A stretch of 64,000 nt of DNA from Camelus dromedarius (taxonomy: Eukaryota): NCBI RefSeq assembly GCF_036321535.1, contig NC_087437.1:102798001-102862000 (forward strand), read 5' to 3'. This document shows, piece by piece, positions 39,071 through 53,792 of this stretch. The position numbers were made by a program, and so were the translations under genes. Numbering within the stretch: the first letter of the stretch is position 1; each line of letters begins with the position of its first letter. The notes beneath the pieces are model-generated. The model searched no databases and was not told the origin of the DNA. It saw only the letters and a list, made by a program, of their open reading frames with translations.

Positions 39071-42000
39071 TTGTTTTCTACATTATTTATACCAATATCT
39101 CATGAATCTAGTTTATGTCTGTCTTTATGTTAATTTATGTCTGTCTTCTTACAGGAGATTGTGGGCTCCCTGTCAGTAAGGAAAATGTTGTTACGTATCT
39201 TTCCTAGTGTCAAGCAAATGGCAGCAAATTATTATTTTGTTGTTATACCTAATTTTAAAAGAATTTCCTTGAATTTAGGTGCCCTATTTATAGGTGTTCA
39301 TAATGCTATTTGATTCACTTTTCACAAATCCAAACATTAAACTGTGGATATTCTCAAGGGATTTATATAATTACACGTGTAGATAATTTATGGGAAATCA
39401 TATATAATTACATACATAAATACAATAATACATAAATTACATATATATGATTATATGGGGAAATATATGTATAACTTTTTTCTCATAAAACAGCTTTTAA
39501 AATTCTTTACTTTTTCCCTCGAACCCTTATCAGCATAGTCCCATCTGATATTGTATCGATTTTTTCTTAGCAGCTACTTTTGCATCATCTCGTGGTTGAG
39601 ATTTTTCTGCCAGCACCTGAATGTGCTTGTGGTTCATTTCTCAGATGCGTGTCTATACTGATACTGGAGTTTAGGGGAACTGTCTTCTTACTGATTTTTT
39701 TTTTCAGTTTGATTAGAGGTAATGTCTACATGGGCATAATGAAAGTAAAGATGCTGAACTCTAGTTTCTGCTGTTGGACAAAGAAGAAAGTATGATGAAG
39801 AACTACAAGTGAAAAAAACAATGATGGCCGAACATCTAAGACAAATTAATAGTTACTTTGTGAGAATGCAGCATTTTCTGGTATATAAATTGTGTTTATT
39901 TAGTGATTTTCTTCTTAATTTATATATCTGCTTTATTTTTATTAAACTTACCTCTAAAAGAATAAAATTAGTATATACTGCTAGCACATATTACAAATTC
40001 CTAAAACCATTTGCAAAAAGGGAACCTGCCTAAGTTTATATAGCTGCTTTATAAAACAACTTTAAAGCCTTTCTCAGTAATGGATTTGTGATATCACTGG
40101 GTTTGTACAAGTTAGGGACACTATGCAGTTAATAACTAAATAGTTTAGTTGGGTTTGCATTAAATTATAATTATATACTTTAAAATGCACTAAGGAAATT
40201 TCAGTTTTTACTGGGGTGTTTAAGACAATGCTTGTAATTCTTCAGTGATTTCTTTGATATGATTAAACGAATTTTGGGTAAATACATTTTTTGAAGTAAC
40301 AGTTATTTGAAAAACAGAAAAATATGCTTGAAAATAGAACTAGTTTTGCTAATGGGTTGCCATTTGGTTCAAAGTATTCATTAACCAGGAGGTGGCTAAT
40401 GAGCAGATGTTTAATGAGCAACAAAAATGAATAGACAGGTTTTTGCTTGTTTATTTCAAACTGACTGAAGGTATAGATGTGGTTGATGAAACAAAAAAAT
40501 CTAAAAATTATCCAAATTGATGAGAGTTAATGGAAACATGTTATAATAATAGAATTGAATATGGTGAAGAAAGTTGCTTTAACATTGTAGAAAAGGTTTT
40601 GATACATTTTGGAGATAATTTTTAGAGCTAACTCTGATTGGTACACAAATAAGAGCAATAGTTACTGAAACAAATATTATCAATTCATATTTAATATATT
40701 ATGCAAATTTTATCCTCTTTTTATCTCATTACCTTGCTAATGGTTGTTTTACTGCTCATTTATGGCTTTAGAAAATTCTGTGGCTTTTTGTTTTGTTTTG
40801 CTTTTCAAATTCTGTATAATCATGGATTCTTCCATCCTGGGTTCAATTTTACTGACCTGAGTTTTCTCATACACTGTGCATCTCTCAAAGATAATCATAA
40901 AGCACTAAAAAGCATTAAACAATTTGTATACATCTTAATGGTTAAATATTTGGAAAAAATATTTTAAATGAGTTTGCACTCTATGAAGGAGGGAAATGGC
41001 AATTTTCCAATGTCTTTTCCATTTGAAAGTGCTATTTTTTCCCTTTCTTCCTTTTGGCCTATTAGTTTAAAACTAATTTTCAGGTACAGAATTCTTAAAT
41101 TTTGTTCTCCTAAGTGAAAAATTTCAAAGAAGCAAGTTGTTTGGCCTCTACCTTAATAAAATTCTTTACTGGTCCATTTGTGAAAATATTTTCCTTTTAG
41201 GAGCCCTTAAGCACTACATTTTATTAATTAGGTATTTTAATTTTACTGTATTTCACTGGAGTTATCACCAAAGTGATCACAGCTTTTCTCTGAATTTTAC
41301 CTCATGTTCTACTAGTGAAATCAAACTGTTTTACTTTAAATCCCACCCCCATCTAAATATGGAACATATTTTGGGAGTAATGGAGTTGAATTAATCATAA
41401 TTCATCCCACAATTTATCTCTAAAGTCATTGTGGAAATTGTGCAGTATTAGGTTTGTATTTTATTTCCTTTACTCTTACACTTATATGCTATTGCAACTA
41501 AACTATACAGATTAATTACCCTATAATGATCAAATTTGAATGTAATTTTTCATGTCCATAAAATACCACTACATTAGGCTTCTAATTACATGTTTGATTC
41601 TTTTAAATGGATTTCTAATTGATGGCAAAGACCCTTCCAAATTGCCTAATAAAAAGAGCATGAGAATTGGATTCAGCCACTGACTGTCATGGCCACTTCT
41701 TTCTCTGCAGGTTACCATAAGGGATTCATATGCTAAGGATTTCATTTAATATTGCTGTTAATATTACTTGAAAGTAGTATAAATGGGCTTTTGAAAATGT
41801 ACGTAGTATGCAAGTAGAAATATTATCATTGGGGCAGGAACATTAGAAGACAGCCTGATTTATTACTGTAGATGATTAGACACACAGTAATCCTATAGTC
41901 TGTCTCAGATAAAGTGACAGATCAGATCACTACTAGACTAGTAGAACTTGCAAGATGTGGATGTTTATCTAATTAACACTGAGTGCTGTAAAACACAAAA

Positions 42001-42889
42001 ATGGTTTTAGTCCTCATGAATCCATTTTAATTTGATCGGCTCCTTTGTTTGTATTTCACAAACCCCCCAATTTATAATAGAGATTAAAAATAAGTGAAAG
42101 GTGTCAATTTCCTTAAGGACACACTGGAGAAACAATTATTTTAGAATTTAATTATACTAAAATCTGCATTTAGCAGGAGTTAATCCAAGATTATGTACCA
42201 GTCATACGTTATTTTTAGGGGGAGGGGGAGCATGTTATGAGGGTTAACAGAACTCTAGTGTCTCACTGTCATCATTTTGGCCAAAATAAAGAAAGAAGGT
42301 GCATTGATTCACATTGCTTGCTGTGTTTCACATTGACCCTATGTGGCTCCTTATTTTTTTTTTCCTAGCTCTTATGTTAGGCCAACCCCAGTTAAGTATT
42401 GTTCTTCAATTTTAGGTGTGCAACATTTTTGTTTGTCCTACTAGAATGAAAAATAAGTCAGAGACCGTGTCTTAGTCACCTACAGGGCCCATCACTAGTC
42501 TAGCAAGGGGCCTGAAGATGTTGTGTTGAGGGTATTCCGTCTTGGCACCTTACTCTCGTGATCTGAGAAATGAAAATGAATTGATTGCCTAAACCCCTGT
42601 GTGAGTGAGAATTAAATTTTTGAGTTAATGTTTGCACTGCCCCGAAGTTAGTGCTTGGCACCCACAGGTACTGAGAATGTAAGCTACTGTTAGCCATCAT
42701 TAACGTCTTTTTTCTTGAGGTTGTAGGAAACTTGATAGCAGTATACAAATTAATTTGACAATGGAAATTGTTAAATATTTGTTTGGTAACAGTTTGACAA
42801 TCTTAATTTTTTTTTTCATGAAGATACTTTAAATTTGCTACTCTTCAGTAATCTGTTTACTTGATGTCCATTGTGATACATGGTGCGGA

Positions 42890-43263
42890 TGACAGAGCGG
42901 TCTGTCCAGGCTGCAGAGGGTACTGTCAATGGCAGATTTCAGTCTCTTCAGGAATTGCTTCAGCTCTAGATGATCCCCTTCCTAAGGTCACACTTCTTCC
43001 CTGGGCTTGTCCACAGCCAATGGCCAGTAGAGGCGGCTCACTGTACATCTCAGAAAAATTCTGAAGCACCCCTCCAACTCCTGAGCTCCCCACGCTTGGC
43101 TGAGGCTGTCACTGGGTCTCTTGCAGTTTGACTTCTCTGTCTTCTCAATGCTGCAGCTTTCCCTCCCCTTTCATAGTTGTTGGGATCCCAAGAGTACTGC
43201 TTTATAAACGTCCTACGTGCTCACACCTCTCAGAGCCTGTTTCCAGGAAACCAGCCTGAGGTA
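42890..43263 (+). mobile_element. ERVL solo LTR, LTR16-like
   Basis: ttcagtctcttcaggaattgc...ccaaggtcac-like...cagccaatg...gagctcccca...gatcccaagagtact...ctcagagcctgtttccaggaaaccagcctgaggta terminus. Confidence 0.7.
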
Positions 43264-45392
43264 CCCACACAGGGCTGTAGCTTTCTGCAGAGTGGATGCT
43301 TGATAAATGGATATCAAATAGAGCTGATGAGCGAAATATAAAGAACTCCATTTCAGAATCCGAATTATTTACAACTCAGGTCTCCTAGACTGTGTTAGGC
43401 TGAGGATAAGATCAATCATAATAGGTGTTTGGGCGCAGCGTAGCGGCTTTGGCACCGAGGCAAACACTGCTGTGTGAAAGAGCAGGCGGGAAGTTTCTGT
43501 AATTTTGTAACATTTGCTATTTCACAACTTCGGTCGCTTGCTCCAGCTCTTCCAAGTCAACGTTTTGAATTCTCACGAAAGTGTAGGAATATCCTCATCT
43601 CTTTTACTGCAAGACAGTTGCTAACTAATTTTCTGTTTTGCTGCTCTCAGTGGCTAAGGTGTCTGATGAAATAGTTGCTCAGGTAATCAACTTCTAAGCA
43701 GTTGATTTTTCCACCACCATTATGGTTGATATCAGGCTAGGTTCTCCAAAGGATGGAGAGCCTGTTTTAACTATCATCTTAGTAAACTCTGTAACTGGGA
43801 ACTCAAATTCATGGTGCCTTTTTCTTCAGTGCGTTCCGGAGATTTGAGGGTGAGTTCTGTCTGAGATATGACTTGTAGCACGTTTCTCTCCAGCACATGG
43901 TAAAGACTTTATGGGGCCTGTGATGAAGGGAATTGTCCAAACACTGAGCATTGAAAGTCATCCCTTCCCTTAAATCCATAAACTCTCTCTTCCTTAGAAT
44001 GAATTCTTTCTCCAGAAGACTCTCAGTCCCTTAGGCAAACAGACCCCTGGTGGCCCACACCATAATCCTGGCAACCAGACAAGTTCAGACAGGTTAGAAA
44101 CCTTATAATGAACACAATTTAGGCTTCTGTCTGGGCTTCCATTATAATTAGGGAGTTAATGTGGAGTAGCTGGCTTACTCTTTTCCTCAGAAGTGAAAAT
44201 ACAAGTAGGTAGTATTAGGCCATGTAGCGCAGTACCGTTGGCCTTTTAAGGAAATTTAGAGAAAATTAAGAGTTCATAAGCCTGGACATAGTTAATTCTA
44301 AAGTTTTGGGGATTTTTTTTTGTATTTTTTGTGCTTTGCTGTGTTTCATTGTTCTCCTTACTACTTGTCACCATTTAGTCACTCTTTAAGGATATGTGTA
44401 TATAATTTCTTGCAGACTACTAAATTTAGAGGCATGGTCTGTAATCAACACTTGATGATACCTATTAAGACAGACTACCAAAGAATAATGGACTCAATAT
44501 TACTATTACATACATGCATATAGAATCAACATATATTAATACCTCACATATTCATGGTTAGTGATTTCAATTAATTATTAGACATATTTGACAGTTCGAC
44601 CTGCAAGTATGTGCATAAGAAGAAATAAATACCGATGCTAAGTGTCAAAATATGAGAGAAAATAATGTCTCCAAGTTAGTTTTAGCTAGCAATGCTGTGG
44701 TAGCAATTAAAAAAAAAAAAAAAACAAGTAAATTGGTTCCCAAAGAAGTCATATCAAGCTCCACTCTGAATGGTTAGGAGAGGAAATTAATTGAAAATTT
44801 GACTTACTCTATTTTTGTAAAAATTAATTGAATTAGCCTGTTAAATTCAGATTCTGTCCATTTGCCCTGAAGAGGCCTGTGAGGTCGAGAAAAGCATGAC
44901 CAAACCTGGTCGGTGTACTGCTTCCTTGAAACTAATCTTGCCCTTCTTTAGATGTGTCTCTCCCAGCCCTGAGGAAATAATCCGTGGTATTGTGTCTACC
45001 TCATAAATCTTTGTAGTTAGAAACGTTCTTTGAATGAAATGTCTTAAACACAAAAAATAAAGAAGTTACTACTTAAGCCCCTAATTTGGGACCATTTTCT
45101 TTTATTTTGAGACTCACAGGAAAAATTTATATCACAAGTACCTTAACAGGAAATTAAACATAATAATATAAGCTACAGGGATTAAATGCATGGATGGCAT
45201 TTCTTTTTCTAACATCTCTTAATTTTTGGACAACCAGATTTTGTTACCTGTTAACTATTGTTATATTTTTGATGTTGCTGGATAAACTGAGAAAGGAGGT
45301 TAAAACAGAGAATATGCTGAAGTCTGTTAAATTATCTCCAAAACACTCAGAAATTGATGATGTGATTGTGCTGTGAAACCTTTCAAATAATA

Positions 45393-45441
45393 TGTGTGTG
45401 TGTGTGTGTGTGTGTATGTGTGTGTGAGTGAGAGAGAGAGA
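45393..45441. repeat. Compound (TG)11-TA-(TG)5-(AG)n microsatellite
   Basis: Read directly. Confidence 0.92.
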
Positions 45442-45784
45442 CTATACCCACTGGGCTACTTGGAAGAATAATTTAAAAATAACTTTATCAACTCTTGATC
45501 CAGCAAGTTAGTATGCAGTAAGCCATAAAGAGGAAACCACAGTGACGATTTCCTTTACAAAAATAATGATAGTTTTTGATGTATTAATAAGTTACATTTG
45601 TAAGTAGAGAGTAATGATGTGGAACCTGAATTACTTCGAGAGCAGTCCTGTTTGGCCACTGCCTCCCGAGTCTGTGCTCGTTGATGGGAGGTGTAATGAA
45701 CTCTCAGAAGCGTGGACTGCTCCCTAGCAGTGTGTGCATACAGAAGCACATCACATCTCAGAACAAAATGGAACACACTGGGAG

Positions 45785-46010
45785 AGGTTAATGGTCAGGA
45801 GAAAGCTCAGGAGCACCACCCATGGGGTTAAACTTATAACCTCATCGCCCTGTAGCTGTCATTTCCACTTCTGATCCTTCATTTCCTCATTTGTAAAATC
45901 ATAGCAATAATGGGGACTAATTCACAGACAATACAAGAATTGAAAGAGAAAATCCCTGATAATACAATGCCTGGTACATCCCCGGTTCAGTAATTATCCA
46001 CTCTTATCAC
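45785..46010 (+). mobile_element. MIR SINE
   Basis: ttcatttcctcatttgtaaaat...aataat...caatgcctggtacat. Confidence 0.6.
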
Positions 46011-49000
46011 AATTATCATTGCACTTACACATCCCTTAATGTATACTGCTCGTTTCTGTGGGACTGGAAATCCATTAAGATGAATAAAAATAAAATGTAC
46101 ACCTCTTCTTAAAGTACCTCATTTGAGCAATAGTTTATATCCGATGAATTTAAGTTTTCTCTCTGGGGACAGAAATTCAGGCTTAAGTGTTTTTATTTGC
46201 AATGAACCAACTACTGTCTGTAAACATAATAAAAAAAAATTAAAGATCAAAACCCAGTGTGTATTTATATATTAAAAGTGGTACAGAGTACTGAGAGGAT
46301 TCATTTTAAAATCTAAACATGGAGTCAGATTGTCATATTTAATCATGAAATTTTCCAGGACTATAGACCTTGATTAACAACGTGTGTTGAATATAATTTT
46401 TGAGCAGAAGTGGCAGAATCATTGTGGACTTTCATTTGAAATTAATGAGGAAATCTCTTTTATTTGATTTTTTTCTTTTTTCCCCCTATGGTGTAATATT
46501 ATTTTACATATGTAGGATTATGTTTCCCATTCTTCTAGTTCATTTATCAAGTTGCAGAAATTCCTCTAGAGACGCACTAAAGGAACTGGGTAATTGCCAG
46601 TGGAGGTCCAAGTGACAAAGAGATCTGTTGTTTTTGTCACAAAAGACCTATTGTTACTTCTCCTAAAGAAAAAACTGCTCTGAAAGGCAAGACAGGGTCA
46701 GTTCCGTCCAAGGTTACTTGACTCACCAAATTGTTGCTGCTACAGAAAAGTCAGAGTGTAGTTTTGATTGAAATGTTTTAAAACTGAGAATTAACAGAGA
46801 TGGATAAGGATATCATGATGAAAAGGTCAAGGGGAACCTGCAGATTTGGGAAGTATACCCTTCAGTAATTAGAGCTGGAATCATGTAACAGGAAAGAAGC
46901 CAAACTGTTGACTCTTTTTACTTCCTTCCCTCCCCTCATCTATTTTTGGGGGCATTATAGTCTACTTCTTTAATAATATATTGGAATGGATATTTTTGGT
47001 TTATTATACATAATCCTACTCCTTTGTAAAATGCCCTTTTAAGGAAAACAGCCTTAAAGAGGAAAACTTTCTAATATTATAACAAATTATAATATCGAAA
47101 GAAAGATCCAGTTGTCTAAATCCAGGCTTAAAAGCACACTTCTAGAAGGAGTTAAAATGCTCCCTTTATAAATGCTTTAGATTTCACCTTTTAAACATTG
47201 ATGAAAATATTATAAAGAATTCACAGCAGCAGTTACATGAAAGTTGAAAGATTATTGGGTAGGAGAGAGCATGATTGCAACAACTATTGTGATGTTATAA
47301 AGAGATGCAATTATTTGTCAATGAGTGAAGCAGTTATATATTCTGCTTTTACAACTTAAAATGATTTAACCATCCATTTTGAAGATATCATGGATATAGC
47401 CCTATTATTCTCAAGGTTTCCAGACTTCAGAGGAGTAGCCCTTACTTTTATTGCCTAATGTCTGAACACTTGAATTTCACAAGCATAAGTGGTCCTCGTT
47501 GGGACAAACTACTTACAGGTTCTACAAATCCTTCCTGACTGTGGCTTGTCATCTCTCATCTGGTCTCAGAATTTCTCCCCAGTCATAACTGATCTCTTTG
47601 GGAACTTCTCCATTTAAGTGATGCTCTTACGTTTAACCAAGCATTTTAAAATTGTCATTTTAAGAAGATTCTTCATAAGGGTTGAAGATAAAATAATACA
47701 ATGACAACATTGATTAGCTGAAACTAGGTATCAGTTGCCTGTGCTCCTGAAGACTTCAGACCTTTCATTTCCTTGGGAGTCCTTTAATAGCCATTTCTCT
47801 CCTCAGAACTTTTTTTTTTTTTTTTTTAAATTGGCTGCACCTCAGATGTTAGCTTTACTTACCCAAGGCCAGAAGCTCCAACTCCTCTCTCCTTCATTCA
47901 GACCTCAGCCGCTGGGAACAGAAGAACGTGACATTCTTGCAAAGAATGCCCTGCTCCCAATCAAAACACCTTCTATGCAGTTGGACATAATGCTTAACAC
48001 TTCATCAAGAACCACCTGCATCAGTGGTAATGCCCAGGAACTCTGGTGGATTGTTTACAAACGCCTAACAAAAAGAATGTACAAAAGTGGCTCCCAAGTA
48101 TTTTCCTCAGAAAAACCACTAAAATCTAGCTTTTACACTAAGAATCAAAGGGAAGAAAAAAACATGAAAGATTATATGGCAGTTTGTTCCCACTTTTAGT
48201 AGTTTTTCAAAAATATTGGGATGCAGTTGCTGAGTGTGTGTGTGTGTGTCTATGTATTGTGTGATGTTATTTCACTGTACTCATGGATACCTAAGAGCAG
48301 TTTTCACATTTATTATGTTGAGATCTTTAAATACTTACCTATTCTATAATAACGCAAACACAGTTTTATTGTCAATTTATATAAAGACATCACCAAACAT
48401 TTGCTGATACACTCAAAGAAAAATAAAAAGAACATACAGTGAACTGCTTTGATCAGAAGTATGCTATGTCAAGGATGTGATTTACATGGGCTTTGAAATA
48501 ATTTTGTCAGTCCTACATTCAGATTTTGTGGAAACAGCCTTACTTTTAAATTCACACAATTTTTTTGTTGTTTTCATTTCACTTGTGCATTGACCCATTG
48601 GGTCATGTTTTTCCATGTGTATAAATAAAGAAAAGAATAAGTTTTTTCCTCTGACAGTCTATTTTTTTCAGTATTTGAAGATAACTTTTTATTCTTTACT
48701 GCATTTCTTACCACCATACCCCACTAAACACTGTTGTTTCCACATTAATCTGCATGACACTATTTTCAGACTTTTTGGTGCTCTGCTTGAAGGACCACCC
48801 ATGGTCACCAATTTCCAATAGTTGTTTAAAATATGACATTCAAAACTGAGTTTAAATTTGTGGGTCTCCATCACTCTCTCTTCCTGTGGCATGAACATTA
48901 TTTCTTTTAAAACAACTTTAGTTTTCATTATCTGTTTCATTTACTAGGTAACATATTTGACTTTTTTATGATTGAAAGGAAGTTCCTTTTATCTTATATG

Positions 49001-49278
49001 TATCAAATTTTTTGCATGTTTGTATTTTTTAATCTAATGCATATTATTTGAAATAGAAGAGACCTATGGCTGAAGGCAGGGAGGGACAGTGCCAGATTTA
49101 AGCCAGGAAAAGATCCTTACATTTGATCTAGAAGAGAATACTTAAAGCTAAGGTTTGAAGCTAACTAAGTCAGATTTGGGGAAATGAGTGAGACATGGTA
49201 TTGGACAAAAATAGTGTGGGCAGAGATAGAGGGTTTCAGAATTTCAGAAGATGTGACTTTTGGTTAGCTCAATTTAAA

Positions 49279-50010
49279 ACCATGATGTGGTATGACCTCA
49301 CACCTGTCAGGACAGCTATTATTAAAATACAATGACAGAAGACAATAATTGTTGGCAAAAATTGGAAGTCTTATACACTGTTGGTGGGAATGAAAAATCA
49401 TGTAGCTGCTATGGGAAACAATATGGAGGTTGCTCAAAAAATCAAACATGAAACCACCGTAAGATCCAGCAGTCTGACTTCTAGGTGTTTATCTCAAAAG
49501 ACTTGCTATTAGGAACTCAGAGATATTAACCCTCCCATATTCATTGTAGTGTTATTCCTAAGATGTGAAAATGTCCTAAACAGGTGAATGGGTCAAGAAA
49601 ATGTGGTATATGTATATATACAATGTAATATTAGACAATCTTAATAAAGAAGCAAATTCTGCAATATGCAACCACATGGATGAACCTTGTGGACTTTAAG
49701 CTACGTGAAATAAGCCAGTTGCAGGAAGACAAATACCACATAGTTCCACTTAATATGAGGTATCTAAGTCAAAATCATAGAATCAAAAAAAAAATGGAAT
49801 GGTGATTGCTAGTTGCTGGGGATGGAAGGAAATGGGGAGTTACTTATCAAGGATCATGGGTTTCTGTTAAGCATGATGAATTAAGTCCTAGAGATCTCTT
49901 TGTCCAACATTGTACCTGTAGTAAACACTGTATTATAGACTGAAACATTTGTTAAGAAGGCAAATTTCATACTATGTGTTCTTAAAACAAGAAAATGACA
50001 GTTTTTAAAA
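49279..50010 (+). mobile_element. 5'-truncated L1M (L1MA/L1MB-like): ORF2 C-terminal remnant and 3' UTR with target-site duplication
   Basis: aaaaccatgatgtggtatgacctcacacctgtcagg...tgttggtgggaatg...acatggatgaacctt...gtgaaataagccag; near-identical flanks agctcaatttaaa (49266-49278) and agcttaatttaaa (50011-50023). Confidence 0.9.
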
Positions 50011-50298
50011 AGCTTAATTTAAATTGAAGTACTATTTCATTCTAGACTTTATTTCTGTTGTCTAGGCTGAGTGTTTTATAAATAGAAACACTGGACTAAA
50101 TGACGCACTATTTAGGGACCATGTTAACCTAAGAACCTTCTTATGTTTAGAATACAAAATCCTGTTGTGTGTATTAATGTAGCCTTTATCTCTTACATAG
50201 CGTTTCTCTTACAAGCCACATTTTATTGACCAGTTAAAAATGGTTTTGCACAGTATCCTCTTTGATTTTAAACTAATACATGTTCTCAGGCTCTAAAA

Positions 50299-50519
50299 CA
50301 GTGGTTCTCAATGGGAGTGTTTTGTTCCCCAGAGGATGTTAGGCAGTGTCTGGAAGTATTTTTGGCTGTCACAACTATGCATGAGTGAGTGGGTGCTACT
50401 AGCAGATAGTGGACGGAGACCAAGAATGCGGCTGATCTTCCGGCATGCACAGCACCACTGCCGTCAACAAAGGATTATCTGCTGCAGATTGTCGGTAGGG
50501 CCAGAGTTGCAAAATTCTG
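50299..50519 (+). mobile_element. MER20 (hAT-Charlie) DNA transposon, full length
   Basis: Starts cagtggttctcaa, ends ...ttgcaaaattctg, collinear with recalled MER20; 8-bp flanks ctctaaaa / ctctggaa fit the hAT NTCTAGAN target. Confidence 0.88.
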
Positions 50520-53269
50520 CTCTGGAAGTTAAAAAGTTGTAATGCCTGAACAATTGTTTGTATCAGTGTGTTTCTTCATGTATGAAAATGCCCAACTTTA
50601 TGGATTTTGTATGATTGTAATTAATTATGTGAAATATGCCATTCACATGTCTGAATTAACCTAATTACACAGTGAGGGTTGTGTTTGTACATGTTTGACA
50701 TATATTTGTAAATGAATGGCTATTGTGTATATGCTAGTAACTGTATGTTTATTCCATTGCTACTAAATTTAAATAATTTCTTATGCATAATACCAAGTTT
50801 AAAATAGTGACATTTTGATACATTTCAACTTAACACATTATTGAAAAACAGTAAAATAATCATACCATCGGTGAAAATAATCACTGATAGTCAAACCATT
50901 TTAACACCCATTCTGGCATTCAGTGATATATAAATGTACTATGTTATAAATGCATACTCATATCTGTATATGTGTACCTTTACTTTCTTCACCTAAATCA
51001 TCTAGATTGTGGAACATTTTCTTTAAAAAATTATTTTTTTTGAAGAAAAAATACCAGTTGATATATGTTGAGTTATTTGTCCCATTTGATTTTCTGTACA
51101 GATATTTTAAATATATTCTTAAACAGACAATTTTAGGCATCAAAAGATTATCAGAAACAAGAATTTTAAGACATAGAGGTGCATTATTAATATTAAATGC
51201 CAATTAAAATGGTCATGGCAAGATATGTATCTATCATGCAGTGTTAAGCAGAGATAGAAGGTGATAAAACTGGGATACTGCGATGCGTCTCTTTTTTAAT
51301 AATCATACTTTAATGGGGGATGAGTAGTGTATGTGTATATATATGTATGTATGTGTATATATACATGCATATGTATGTATTTTTATATATTCTTATTGGG
51401 AAAGGGAAGAAAGTTTTTGCCTGTTCTTTGGCATATTTTAATGCGACAAACTTGAGCATTACAGCAGGTGCAGGAGAAGTGGGAGCTATGAAATGATGAG
51501 GAACTGAATGCAGAAGACCCTTGAATGGAGGGCAAGTTATCCAGGGCCCAAGTAAAGAGACTTTATCATACATGCATTATACATGCAACCCCAAGTGCTG
51601 GGGGGGAAGGTCAGAATCCAAGTGAGGATGGCCCTAGACTAAGTTTGTACATAGAGATCTTCTCAGCTGACAGGTTCCTCTTCTCTCTAAGGTATAAAGA
51701 CACTGAGTGGAAAGGGAGTAAACATAGTATTAGGTTTGAAAAGTTGCAAAGGTTCAGAGTAGTTAATCGTAGCAAAGAAGCCAGCTGTAGACATTATCTG
51801 GGAGGCTGGAGAGCTCACCTGAATGGTACCAATCTACATAATCTGCAGGCACTATGATGTTTCTGTTCTGAAAGAGAGTTAAAGACCATATTAAATATTA
51901 AACAGCCTCTTTCAAAGTGTTCTTAAAAATGTAGCCTAGGTGTCATTTCAAGTTATTGCTGAGGCTTGAGTTGATTGTCAATTGGCTCCTGTTAACAACC
52001 AAAGTTATGGACACTGAACACATTTTCTTTTCTATTGTAAGGTGTGCTTTTGTTGTTTTAAAGATAAAAAAGAAGACCATTTAGGTTTAGATGCATTTTA
52101 TGCCACTAGACTTGATAAGCATTTGTGATCCCTTTCTTAGCTGTATTGAAAGAGAGCTTTCTATGTTAAAAAAAAAAAAAAAAAAAGGAAACTCTCAATA
52201 GAGAATCTGAGTGGAAACACTTAATTAATCCATTCAATGATGAGCTGGAGTTTAGACAGATGTTACCACTTATCCTTGAATCACACAATCCACTTTTTAT
52301 ACCTTCTATTTCTTTTGAAATCTATATCATGGCCAAAGAATAGAAGTTAAATTGTTGTTGGGATTCATTGGACGTTTACAATATGTATTTGGTTGGACAA
52401 CTGATTATGCCTTAAAGGTCACCTATTTACAGAATCTGCATTGCTTTTATTGAGTTCTGTTAATTGGCTATTAAATATTAAAAATGAATTTTAAAAATAA
52501 TTGTTATTTAAAAGTGTTCAGATATTTAATTCTATAATAACACAGAAATATTCTGGGACTTTAATGGAGTGATGGTTATCATCGTATATTCTATATTGGA
52601 AAGCAGGCACAGTAGAAAGGATAGGATAGAACAAAGTTAACAAAATACAGACCATGTAGGCAACTTTAATCCAGATATTCCAGCTCTCCTCACCTCGGTG
52701 ATAAAGTGAAATATCACTCCTGTGTTTACTTGGTTATCACAAGTGGACCCATGTGAAGTCACACCATTTAATTTGGAGGAAGGAGGGCTTTAAGTGAGGA
52801 AACAGTCTTAAAGGAGAGAGAGGTTTTGCTTTATTTTTAACTATAAATGAAATATAAACAAATGTGAAGGATAGTAGTTGGGTAGACATAAAATTACTCC
52901 ATCTGAAGAAAGCTGACTAATGGCAGTATCTCAAAGTATTTTTGTTTGCTTTTCTGTTATTTTTGCTCTGAGTATATAGAAATGATCATCTCCATCCAGA
53001 ACATTACAGTCATGGGCCGTATATTTTAACTACAGTAATAAAATCACATACAAAAGGCATTTGAATGGTAAATCACCACTTCAACACACATTCGTTATTC
53101 CACTACAGTATACCCCCAGGGAACAGTCAGCATCTACTCAGTGTCAAGTCTTAGGCAGTGAAAGGGACAGCCTGCCTGTTCTTTCAGGATTCAGTAACTA
53201 GAGAGGAAGCTGATGGAGATAAATTAATCCATAAATGATTAGAACATTGTGATGAGTAGGAGCAGAGTT

Positions 53270-53390
53270 TATATTGTTTTACTTACAAGGAAACTGGAAC
53301 TCAGAGACAGAAATCGGCTCCACCTAGGTTGTTAGGCAAGTTAAAAAGTTGAATTGAAATTCAAAACTATGTCTGGTTGCACTGCTGGTA
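53270..53390 (-). mobile_element. MIR SINE core
   Basis: ttttacttacaaggaaactggaactcagaga...cctaggt...gaaattcaaaactatgtctg. Confidence 0.5.
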
Positions 53391-53419
53391 CCCTTTTAGA
53401 GCTTTCATTACTATTTAAA

Positions 53420-53792
53420 TTGACTTAAGATGGGCGTCTGTACAGAGATAATCAGATTAAAATGAGGTCATTAGGATGGGCCCTAACCCAATATGAGAAT
53501 GGTGTCCTTAAAAAAAGGGGATATTTAGAGAGTGGGTGTGGCCCAAGGAGAACACTATGTGAAGAAGGTGGTAGAGATCTGGGGGGATTCTGCAGAAGCC
53601 CAGGGGTGCCAGAGATTGCCAGAAAAACACCAGAAGCTGGAACAGATTCTCCCTCAGAGCCCTAGGAAGAAACCAGTCCTCCTGACACCTTGATCTCAGA
53701 CTTCTCGCCTCCAGAACCGGGAGACAAGTTTCTGTTGTTTATGTCACCCCGTGTATGGTGTTTTAGAATGGCAGCCCCAGCAAACTGACGCA
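53420..53792 (+). mobile_element. MaLR LTR MLT1B/C-like (5'-truncated)
   Basis: ttaaaatgaggtcattaggatgggccctaa...gattctccctcagagcc...gacaccttgatctcagacttct...atggcagccccagcaaactgacgca terminus. Confidence 0.85.

Noticed and set aside
47735..48199. 154-aa ORF
   Set aside because: TTG start, spans a T homopolymer, and has no recognisable domain.
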